Part shown: positions 1 to 11,610 of the stretch, piece by piece
Layout: every line of letters starts with the position of its first letter
Numbering within the stretch: the stretch's first letter is position 1
DNA from: Geosiphon pyriformis uo1
Lineage: Eukaryota; Fungi; Glomeromycota
Direction of reading: 5' to 3'
Assembly (NCBI GenBank): GCA_016748015.1
Contig: JAAOMT010000372.1
Location: 806,001 to 870,000, forward strand
DNA length: 64,000 nucleotides
The notes under the pieces: generated by a model
Told to the model about the DNA's origin: nothing
The model's input: only the letters and a program-made list of their open reading frames with translations
Databases searched by the model: none
Made by a program: the position numbers and the translations under genes

Positions 1-89
1 TCATCATTCAGTATGCTAATTCCAAACTATTTGTGCTTGATTACAAGGCTACTGTTAGCTTTAGTATTGCAGTTTTAAATAAGTCTATT

Positions 90-1874
90 ATGGAGCCTGG
101 CTTTAATATTGGTGTCAAGTCTGCTGAGTCCAGAAAGAAAAAAAAAGGTGGTGTTTTGGAAGATAATATTGGTAATAAAAAATTCATTGCTGCTAAGGTA
201 TCAAGTAGTTATTTTTGGGATTCTAAAACTGGTAATACTACTAAATCTGATAGTGTGGATATGGAGGAGGAATGTTTAGTCGAAGAAATCAGCTTTAATC
301 ATGGGGATGATAAAGCTTTTGCTGGAGAGAACTTAGAGCAAACACCTAAAAGTTTGAAGATTCTTATCAAGAAGATACTTGGAAAGCCACTGAAGAAAAT
401 TAACTTCTTGGATGATGATATTAATGATATATTTTTGGACAAACCTGTGGTTTTCCCTCCCTCTTTCAAGAACTTGGTCAATGTCTCTGTTAAAAAGTCT
501 TTTACTTTGAACATCAACTTAGAAAATATTGTTGGAAAATCTGCTCAGAAAAAGCTTGTGGTTGTCAGAAAATTGTTTTCAAAAATCAATGGTTTTGGAG
601 AGGCCTCTACCCCCTCAAAATTTGCTGGAATTGTCAGAGCAATGTTCACTTCTGAATTGAGTTTGGCACAGGCTTCTAAAAAGGCTAAAAATGCAAAAAT
701 CTTAGTAAACTCCAATCTCAAAAGATTATCTGGACATTCAAATCGGGCTGTGGTATTAAAAAAAATTCTTGTTGGAACATCAACTAAGGCTGTGCATGCT
801 GTGCTATCTGGTTTTGGTATAGTAATGTTAATCAAAATACAGTTGGTGGGTTTGTGGCAGAAGGCTATAGTTGAATTTAATAAGAGTAAATAAGCTGATT
901 TAGTCGCAGCTTGTTGGTTTATCCTGATTGAGAAAGATGCTGTGTGTGTGGCCAGGGCTGATCAAGACAAGAAATTATGAGACATAAGAGATCAACATAG
1001 GGCTTTGCTCTATACTTTGCCAATAGGAACAACTGCTTATGACATTTGAGATTATATTGGCTCTGTGGATAGAAAAACATGTGCAATAGATTATTATCCT
1101 GTTACATATGCTCAGACCAGATGTGCTGTTGTTTGTTTTGAATCAGTCAATTCCTTGAATGCTGTTATGAGAACTACTCTAGTTTTAAGAGGTGTGAATA
1201 TGCATTGGTCTCTTTTGAGTTTTTCTAAATATGCTAAGTATGGGAGATTGGGTCATATATCTTTGGGCTGTGCTGTGGATGAGAATCTTTCCTCTGGGAA
1301 ACCTTCTTGCAAACCTTTCTTAGACATGGATAAAAGCAGATTGGCAATCATCTATGCCAAGCATTCAGCTCCAATTGCTTATTCTATTGCTTTTAGTGGA
1401 GTTTCTTAAACAAAAATTGCTGGTGGAAATGGTTTTTTTTCTTTCTTTGTGCGAAAAGTGTCGATCAATTCCAGCTCCTCTTTGGAAATGAAGCCTACCC
1501 TTTCTGATATGAGTAATGTTGAAAAAAGGTTTGCTGTTTTGAAAAGCAGTCTTGCCAGCCTCGCAGGACAAATTAGTGAGTTGGCTAAGAGGTTAGACTC
1601 ATTTATGCCAGCAGTTTTCCAGTCTAGTCCTGGATGTCAGCTGTTGATGACCACTCCATCACAGAATTGGATGGGTAATGTAGTGATGGGAGAAAATTTG
1701 GGTAAGACTACAAGTGGTAAGACTGCTATGACTTTGGACTCTTCTGCTTTTCCTGAAGTAAAAAGATTGAAAAACATGTTGGAAAGACTTTTTGCTTTGG
1801 TTTTAAGTCTTATAGCAAAGTTTGATGGTTTAATTTTGGCTGGTAGTGTACTTTTTAAATCTTCTTTTCAATGA
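90..1874 (+). pseudogene. LINE ORF1 (gag-like nucleic-acid-binding protein) with in-frame stops
   Basis: ORFs 33-893, 1065-1409 and 1449-1874 share one frame. Degenerate CCHC knuckle (YAKYGRLGHISLGC, ~1230-1270) and a C-terminal coiled-coil (RFAVLKSSLASLAGQISELAKRLD). Confidence 0.75.
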
Positions 1875-4439
1875 CCAATCTAGTTTAGAAGATTGCCACA
1901 TACAATATTAGGGGTTTGAATAATCCTGTGAAACAAGATGATGTGATTTGTTGGCATAAAGAGATGAACAATTTGATTTTTATTGTTACTAAAACTAAGT
2001 TAAGGGGCAAGATCTGCCCATGGATCATGAATAAATTTAATGGTATCCAGGTTTTCACTTTTGGTTTGAACTCTGGTCATTTGGGTTCTGGTATTGGGAT
2101 TATTATGGACAATTCTTTGGTAAAACATGTATATAAGATTTCTGAGGTTTCTGGTTGACTCCTCTCTCTCAAGTTACTCTTCAAGAATAATCTTTCTGTG
2201 TCAATTTTGGGACTCTATGCTGGTGCTTTGTTAGTGGTTTGGTTCTTTCAGACTGGTAAAATCAACTCTCTCATTGCAAAAGCAGTGAATAAGTCCTCTT
2301 TTGTTATTTTGGATGGTGATTTTAATGAAAACAGAGCCCAAAAGTGTGCTAGCTTCAAGAAGTGTTTTGATTTGGGTTTAGTTAATTCTCTAAGGGAAAG
2401 TTTGTTTGTCAAGATGCCTATGTGAACCAATTTTTGTGGTGTTGCTAAAGCTCTCGATTACATTCTTATTTCTTTATGTTTGGTCAATACTATAATAGAT
2501 GGTAGTGTGGCCAATATTAAAGACTATTTTAATACCAATCACAAAGCTGTTTCTGCTTCTATGAGTTTGGGTGGTTTGTTCAATATCTATTTGAGTTCAA
2601 TACACAAGCAGGCAAATAAGAATTGCTGGAAGTTTGATGTCAAAAGTGCGGATAAAGCAATTTGGAGTGAATTTAAGGATGCTACTACAGTTAATGCTGC
2701 TATGTTCTTGGACAAGTTTGAGTCAGCCAAGAAGTTCTCTGATCTGAATGCTATGTGAGATATTGTTTGCAAAGTGATGATTTTTTCAGCTAATGGTACT
2801 TTCAAAAAGAAATGGTTTAAGAATTATGATGGGGTGTTTACCAAAGAGTCTTCCAAGTTGCATAACTTGGAGATTTTGGTTTCAAAAATTGTCAAGGCTT
2901 CTTACGAAGCAGGCTCTGGCAGGTTTGAGTTTCTGTTAAGATGCTGGGTTTCTTTGAATAATGACAAAGCTTCTGTTGTTTGGGATCTTGTGAGTTTTGA
3001 TGCGAGTTTGGATTGTGTTTGTTCTGCTTTTTGTGATGTGAAGAGGTCTTATCATGCCTCTAAACTTGCTGAGTCTTTGCAAGCCGAGGAGTCAGGCATT
3101 AGATCAGCTATTGAAAAAAAGATAGAGAGTTTTGTGATCAACAAAGGCCATACAATCTATAGTGTTTTAGAATGTCCATTCCACAAAGTGGTGTTAGATC
3201 ATTTGGTTTCTGATGGTGGTTTGATTTTGGATCCAATAGAAGTTAAGAATAAGGTAGATGATATAATGAAGGGCTGGATGAGGAAAAGAGCCATGCTAAA
3301 AAGTGTTCCCGATTTGTAGCAGCATTAATATCTGCCATTAGATTATGTCAACAATAATGCTTTTTCTGGTGTAATAAATGCTATTAGTTTGGATAACTTA
3401 ATGTGTGTGATTAAAGATTTACCAAATAGTAAAGCTGCTGGCTTGTCTGGTATTTTGAATAAACTTTGGAAACATTGTGATGGTTTTGTGCTAGGCTTGC
3501 TTCTGGATCTTCTGAACATTTGTTTAGTGTGCGAATTAGTTTTCCATTGTTGGAAAAAAGCTTGGATGTTAATGATCCTCAAGCTCTATGAATAGGAGGG
3601 TGTCTTGACAAATACTAGACCAATCGCTTTAATTGAGACTGCTTGTAAGATTCTTTTTAAGTTGCTGTCTGACAGAATTTTGTCAGTGTGCAGTCTATTC
3701 AATATACTTTGTGAGGACAATTTTTCTGTGCTTAAGAGCACTACCACTCAGTCTCCTATTTTTGCCATTGGTTTGGTTGTTGAAGACACTTTGGAGAAGA
3801 ATCGTGAACTTTGGCTTGTGCTGTAGGATATGCATAAAGCCTATGACTTTGTGGGTTGGTATCACTTGTGTAATAATTTGATTCAGATCAAAATGTGCAG
3901 GTGTTTTATTGGATTTTTTGGTTCTATTCACAATGACCGTGTTAATCAGATTATGACTGATTTTGGTCTAACTAATGAATACCAGGTACATAATGGTCTT
4001 GATCAGGGTGAGGTTTTTTCTCCTTTGCTGTAAAGGATCTTTTATGACCCCCTTCTGTGTGAGATCAAGAAACAGAAAAGCTTATGTGAATACCAAATTG
4101 ATATTAAATTTGTAGTTAGAACAGGTAAAATAGAAAACCAAGGCAGTTTAACTTTGTTTTTGGCTGCTAGTGTGTTTGTAGATAATACTATTTGGGTGAG
4201 TAGCAATCAGGCTGCCACTCAGTATATTTTGAACACAGCAAGTGAATTTTTTAGAGTAAATGACATTTCTATCAATAATGAGAAAACTGTAGCCATTTCA
4301 ATCAATCAGAGAATTGGTAATACATTATTGTCAATTAGTGGTTTGCCAATTTCAATTGCTTGTAAGAAGGAGTCTCATCAGTATCTTGGCATTTATTTGT
4401 CATTTAAGAGTTTGTCCAAACCCAGTTTGGCTAAGGTGC
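1871..4439 (+). pseudogene. LINE ORF2 5' part: AP endonuclease and reverse transcriptase
   Basis: APE motifs IATYNIRGLN, ILDGDFNE, LDYI, TNHKAV; RT motifs KAAGLSG, TRPIALIE, DMHKAYDFV, GLDQGEVFSPLL, FVDNTIW, YLGIYL; many stops. Confidence 0.9.
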
Positions 4440-5293
4440 TGTTACTCATAGAAATATAGGAAATATATTAGCATAATCATTAGCCAATCAGAAGTAAGCA
4501 TAGTAAATGTGAAATTCCAGAATTTCTCTCAGGAATTGCAGGATTCCAGAAATTTCAGGATTCCCAACGAGGAATTGCAGGATTCCAGAATTCCAAGATT
4601 CTTCTCAAAAGAATTGCAGGATTTCAGAAATTTCAGGATTCCTGTCATAAAGAATTGAGGAATTGAGGAATCCCAATTATGTATATATAACAGTAGTGTT
4701 AGAAACAGAAAAGACAGAATCCTTAGCCTAGAAATGCAATCATCAAATAAATAATTATTTTATATCTCCATCTACTTCCCACTATTAACCCTTTATGTTG
4801 ATAGTAAGTGATACTTGATCACGCTAGAACAATAGCTCTTGATTATGGCTATTGACGGAATACTAATCTGCAAATCGCCTTGGCTTATTTCTTTTCTTTC
4901 TTTATTTTCTTTTATTTCTTTTTCTTTATTTTATTTTGATTTGTTGTTGTATACTAATTGATTAAAGATTAAACGCTGAGTTATTGACGTCAAGGATAGC
5001 CTGGTAAAAGACCCAGAAATAAGGGTAGAATTTTATATATTATCGGATAGCTTACTAGAAGAACACGACTGCCAGACTAAATCTGGCCACCACACTGAGA
5101 AAAAAATTGGGAAAACTCTTGGAAAATATATCTACTATCGACACTATTGAATCTCTGTCCATTATACAAAAGACTCAACCAAAACCTTCAGATCCATCAA
5201 AACCTTCAGATATTACCAACAACTTTATATCAATTAAGCACCAAGTTACAGGTTTGTTATTCAATTCAACAACAGAAATAATCACCTGTAACA
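4440..5293 (+). repeat. E1 5' LTR
   Basis: Direct repeat of 13692-14560; TG...CA ends; CCAAT ~4485, GGAATTCC-type array 4511-4675, TATATATAA ~4682, AATAAA ~4747. Confidence 0.96.
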
Positions 5294-5295
5294 TT

Positions 5296-5312
5296 TGGTG
5301 CTCTCTGTAAGG
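5296..5312 (+). other. E1 primer-binding site TGGTGCTCTCTGTAAGG (3' end of elongator tRNA-Met or tRNA-Ile(UAU) type)
   Basis: Begins with TGG 2 nt after the LTR; related PBS in E2, E3 and E4. The tRNA identity is from recalled tRNA ends and is unverified. Confidence 0.8.
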
Positions 5313-5355
5313 TATAATCCTACAGAGAACCAGCACTGACAACACCAAACCAAAA

Positions 5356-8300
5356 GTGGCAGAATCAGAAAACATAGAAGCAAACCATTTAGGATTCGCA
5401 AAATCCTTATTTCAATACTATTGTCAATATTTGGGATTAAATCACAATCATATATCTGCCGAATCAGCCTTTAATTTCTAAGTCAATGAAAAGATTTTCT
5501 CTTTATTAGGAACATCAGTAAATACTGAATCAGCAAGAGAAACTTTCTATAAAGAATTAATTCAAAACACCAACCTACCAACAAACCATAATTTTGCATC
5601 CATCATCACTGAGATCAACAAAGAAATTGAACACCACACTCAACAAAGATATCCAATTACATATGCTAGTAAAGGCAAGGGAAAATTACAAACACCAGTA
5701 TTAACACCCTGAAAAATACAGCCACCTGCTTGGAAGAAAAACAGAGTTGAATCCCCAAGTAACTCATCATACCACTATACACCTGGAAGCACCATCAACA
5801 TATCATTAACCGACACGTTTCCATCAACTGTGACATTAGCATTTGGATGATTCCCATTCCAAAGTAGACAAAGGAAAACAGAATTGTTAGGACCATACAG
5901 TAAATACTTTGAGGGATTTAATTCGCAATCATCAACTCCATCAGGACTTTGATCACTACCGCCTTCACCAGATTTCGGAATCTCTGATCTGTGGGAAGCA
6001 GCAGAATCAAAAAAAGAGGAAAAAAAATCAGAGGATCAAGAATTCACTTATCTACACCCAATCCCTAAAAACCTGGAAGTTGAAACCCCGAACATTCAAA
6101 CTCAGCAACAGTTAGAAAATCCGGAAATCGAAATTCTGAATATTCGAATGCTGCCAAATCCAAAAAATCAAAACCCCGAATTAATTAATCAGCAAAACTT
6201 ACCTCCAGTAATTGTTATCAATTAACTGCTGATTAATCCCATAGCCGAACTCATACAGCAGTCACTTCAGCTACCACCCCAACAGCCAGGACAACAACAA
6301 CTGCTTCAACAGCCACCACAACCACCTAACTTAGATCCAATGGCCTATGCACTAATTGCAAAACTTGACAACTTTACAGGCAAAGAGAATGACGCTTAAA
6401 TATGGCTGAATGATGTAGAAAAGGCCATCACAGCCAACGGATGGAATGACGCTCAAATAATGCAAGCCATTCCCTACTTTCTCAAGGATACTACCAATTC
6501 ATAGTACCAGAGCTTGATTAATAAACCACAAGATTTTAATGCCTTCAAAGTGGAATTCCTAAGATACTTCAGCAACAATAACAGCATCAATTGCCTAGTC
6601 AATGCATTTACCATCATGAAACAAGGAGAAACCAAAGCAGTTACCACTTACCTGGGACGCTTCCATCAAAACTTGCGCCAAATTCAAGCAATTGATGATG
6701 ACTATTTCACAGCACCACAGATACTCAACCAGTTTATCTGTGGCCTACGCAGTAGCATCTTGCAATATGTACATCCGTTGCATCCTGGCATGCTTTAAGA
6801 CGCAATTACATGTGCCAGAGATTTTGAATCTGCTGAGTCAAAGGCTAACCATGCCCAAGCCATTAATCTAGTAATGAATGGATTATCTGAATTGGATTCC
6901 AAATTGAAGAAGTTCAGTAAATCAATCAATAAGAGATTGGAAGGATACTTAGCTGACAATCACACCATTTATCAGCCTCCACAATGACACAATAATCAAG
7001 GAAATTATAATCGTGGTCAAAATCAACCACGTCCATCTTCATCAACCAATCAATAGTGGCAACAAGAAACACGTATCTGCTACTATTATGGTAAACAAGG
7101 ACATATCCAAATTGACTGTTGCCAGCATTTAAATAACCAATGATCAGAAAATCCATATCAAAGCCCTGATCGCCGGTTCCAAACTCCGAATCAGTACCCA
7201 AATCAAAACCCACCCACTTACCTACCAGTGACGCAGTCATCAGTCTATTAGTCTCCAGTATATCAACCTCCAATTTATCAGCCGCAGCCACAAGTAATAT
7301 ATCAACCACAGCCACAAATAATTTATCAACTCCAACAGATCCAAACACTGCCCCAAAACTTACCACCCAACAGAACCCAAAGACTGAGAATGACTCAACA
7401 GAGCTGGAGATTGGCAATGGTAGTTCATCAACCAATCCCCAGTTCTTCACAGCAACCATCTGGATTACGCCAGCAGAATTCAGGTACTGGTCAACCCCAG
7501 AACTATTTAAGTCTCCTGGTCACCCCAGAAGACACTTCAACCAATAACCTGGCATTTACCCAAAAACAACAACTCACCAGTAATATCCCACCTGCTACTA
7601 TCACTAAAGACGAGTCATTGGCCGCTATCTTCCCATTCAAATTCGAGAAAACAGCCACAATGCCATTGTTTAGTGGAGCTGCTCTTGAAGCCAAACTAAT
7701 TACCACAATGTACACTGACACCAAAGTCGAAGGACAATTCATCAAATTGATCCTGGACAGTGGTTTTGCAGGCAGCATAATCACAAGACAACTCATGGAT
7801 CAATTAGGTCACCAAGTTAATCGAGCTGCCAGCGCCAGAATCATCACAGCTGATGGAGCGACCAAAACTCCAATCGGCGAAATCGACGACTTTCTTTTTG
7901 AAGTCAATGGCATTGTGACTTCTATTAAAGTTCTAGTAATGGAAGCCACTCAATACCAAGCTCTTATTGGTAATGACTGGCTATTCAAAGTCAACACAAT
8001 GTTAGACTGGAACATCCAGGAACTCCAGCTAATGTATCAGGGCCAACACATACGTGTCTTGGCCAGGTGTGGCCACTTCAAAACTCCTCCAAGAGAGAAA
8101 CTATTGATCGAACTAAAGGAGGAGAAAAAAAAGCTGACCTGGGAAGCCTATCAAGTGTTGTGGGTGGATGAAGAGCACAACAAACTACTGCTCATACTCT
8201 CCTAAGATGACAGCAACAAGGGAAAAGGAAAACAAAAGGAAGAACTTACCTGGGAAACTGATGACCTGACATGGACTGACAACGATGAAAGCGAACTGAC

Positions 8301-11300
8301 TTCAAGCTGGGAATGGGAAGAGGACAAAGAAAATAAAGGAAAAGGGAAAGAAGAAGAGCCCACCCAAACCATCACCGCCTATAATAATACCTATACTATT
8401 TCACAATGATCTATCTATCATTGACCTAAGCTTATATGCATCAATTGTGGCAAGAAATTGTCATTAATGGGTGCATGCTGTGGTGATGATGAGGAATACC
8501 ACACCACAACAAAATTCTACTGTCGTTCATGCTTACTCGAACACTTCAGACAACCAAAGAGGCAAGGAAAATGGGATAACCAACTGTGTCTCGCTTGTGA
8601 GGAGACCCTGCTAAATGAAAGGATGTGGAACAACATCCTAGGACATGGAAAAACATGTGACACATCGTGTCAATACATGATTCTAATAAGTGATTGAGTA
8701 AGGAAAGAAACCCCAATAGAAGCAGCCTGGAAAAGAGCTGTGCAGCAACTAGACAGTTGTCCACATGATGACAATGAAATTTGGCAAATGGCATTTGCAA
8801 AAATCAAAGGGGCGATGCCAGAAGAGATAAAAACAATCAAAGACAACTCCCCAGAACTTTTAAAGCTTGACTGGGACACAGAACCCATCATAAACCTCTT
8901 AGATCCGGAACAATTCCATGAACACTACCAAGAATTAGCACTCACAAGGGAAGAACAAAAACAATGGTTAGAGCAGTTGAACGCTTGACTATGTCAATAC
9001 TGCCTAATTCCCTGTGACTTCCAGTACTGTAATAAGTGTGACCTCATTTACAATCCACCACTATGCATGATCTATTCGATCCCTGAAGAAGAACCAATCA
9101 GCAGCTGCACATCAGAATCAGAATTGCTGATCAATCACAATTCAAACTCCAACGATGACAATGATAACAACGGTTCAAGCTCCATTCAAATTGGCAATGA
9201 TGATGAAAACAATTTAGACTCAGATTCAAAACCCAATGTAAACTATGAACAATACATTGCACTACCAGATCTCTCCAAGGAACAAGAGTTGAAATGGTAT
9301 AGTGACAATGGAGAAGGTATTATGCCAGAACGTGCGCATGACATGGATGCAGGGTTTGATCTGAGATATCCAGGAAAAGATGCCATCAAATTAGAACTGC
9401 ATTCACGCACTTGCATTGATCTGAAAATAGCACTAGAAATTCCGGCAACAACAATGGTTCAATTAGCATCTAGGAGTAGTTTAGCAAAAAGAGGGATCAA
9501 TATAAGAGGAGGAATAATTGATGCAGGATATGTAGGAAATATCATCGCCATGCTACAAAATAACTTAGAAAAAGCCTATATAATAGAGCCTAATGAAAAG
9601 ATAGCACAGGCAATATTTCTGCCTCTGATTAAAGTACCTCAGTTAGTGTCAGTGGGAAAGAGGAAAGAATTGGGAATAACAGCAAGGGGAATACAAGAAT
9701 TTGGATCAATGAGTAGAATAGAGGTATCAGTTAATATGGCGGAGGAAGAGATTGTTGGCCAAGAAGAAATTATCTCAACTGGTCAAGCTATTTCCATTCC
9801 ACCATATAGCCAGTACATGTTAGCAATAGAAAGGAAGGAAAAGGAGCAAGAACAGATTTTTGAAGTGGAAGCAACCCTTTGTGAATCAGAAGAGATTGGG
9901 TTGATCAATCTCCACATACCAGCCAAAAGCTATAGCAGCATAAAAATTCCCATCTACAACAACACTGGCAATATCATCAACATACCAGAAGGAACCATCA
10001 TTGGATATCTAACCATAGAAATAGAAGACCAACCACCAAACTCCATTCCAGACTTTTCACAACTTTGTGGATATGTTGACATCACATCACAGACAATCTA
10101 TGGACGAGATAAATGTTATTTGCTCCAACCAGAACAATTGGAACAAATGAACATGGGAAACTTAGATCCACTCCAATATATGCAGCTCAAGATATTACTC
10201 AACAATTTCAACGACATCTTTGCCAGCGAAAATAAGTTTGGCCAAACTGACATCATCCAGCATCAGATCAAGACTGGAGATGCAATGCCAATTAAACAAA
10301 AAGCATACAGAGTGCTGCCAGCCAGCCATAAGATTATTTGTCAAGAGATAAACAGAATGCTTGACAATGGGTTAATTCAACCATCAATAAGTCCATGGTC
10401 ATCACCAGTAGTACTTGTCCATAAGAAAAATGGAAAAATCCAGTTTTGTGTAAACTACAGGAAACTCAATGGTGTAACTCGTGGAGACAGTTATCCAACT
10501 CCACAAATACAGAAATTATTTGATGCTTTTGGTGGGAACAAATGGTTTTCTACATTAGATATGGACAGTGGTTACTGGCAAGTAGCCATGAATCCAACTG
10601 ACAAAGAGAAGATGGCATTTACTACTAGAGAAGGGAATTTCGAATTTGAAATAATGCCATTTGGCTTAACCAATGTCCCAGCAACTTTCCAATGGCTAAT
10701 GGAAATCATTTATACTGACTTATTGTAGAAATTAGTAGTTGTATACTTGGACAACACCAATGTATTTTCAAAGACATTTGATGATCATCTTCATCATCTT
10801 CAATAAGTGTTCGAAAGACTGAGAAGAGCAGAACTGAAGTTAAATGCGACAAAATGCTTCTTTGGCAAGACGGAACTCAAATTCTTGGGATACATAGTTA
10901 GCAAAGATGGCATCAAAACAGATCCAGAAAAAATAAAGATAGTAAAGAACTTTCCAGTGCTGACCAATATAACAGAACTGAAATCATTCTTAGAATTTGC
11001 CAGCTACTATCGTCGTTTTATCAAGAACTTTTTCAAGATAGCACAGCCACTCAATCAACTACAAAACAAAAATGCAAAATATGAATGAACAGAAAGTCAA
11101 CAAGAAGCTTTTGATATTCTGAGGAAAAAGCTCATCCAAGCTCTAATACTAATCTATTCAGATTACAGCAAACCATTCATCATCACCACTGATGCATCCA
11201 GCCAAGCATTGGGAGCAGTATTATCTCAGAGAGAACTGAACGGCAGGGAACATCCAGTAGCATATGCCAGCAAAGGTTTAACACCAGCCAAAAAAAACTA

Positions 11301-11547
11301 TGGAATACCAGAACAAAAACACTTAGCAATATACTGAGCCGTCATGAAATGGAAAGAATACTTGAGCCAGAAGTTTGAAGTATACACAGATCACAAAGGA
11401 TTAACATCACTCCAAAAACAAGAATTTGGAGATGGAAGACAGTCAAGGTGGAAAATGGCACTTACACTATACAATTATACTATACATTACAAAAAGAGAA
11501 AAGACAACGGAAATGTTGACGGTTTATCGTGAATAAGACAAATCTAA
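5356..11547 (+). pseudogene. E1 single-frame Gag-PR-Cys-rich-dUTPase-RT-RNaseH polyprotein with in-frame stops
   Basis: All fragments (6514, 7390, 8458, 8740, 9067, 10807, 11344) share one frame. Capsid from ATG 6340; CCHC ~7078-7120; protease LILDSG ~7748; dUTPase ~9300-9715; RT (PWSSPVVLV, LDMDSGYWQV, YLDN); RH (TDAS, YTDH). Confidence 0.93.
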
Positions 11548-11610
11548 GAACATTTCAACCCAAAAATATAATAAAACCAGAACAATACCAACAGAAAAAT
11601 ACAACAAAAA

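Noticed and set aside
5296-5340. tRNA gene at the PBS
   Set aside because: Only ~17 nt complementary to a tRNA 3' end; no cloverleaf.
6926-7459. Antisense and alternate-frame ORFs over gag (also 19741-20278, 33700-34035, 59143-59532, 60271-60681)
   Set aside because: Shadows of the low-complexity Q/P-rich, strand-biased gag frame, with no conserved start or motifs.
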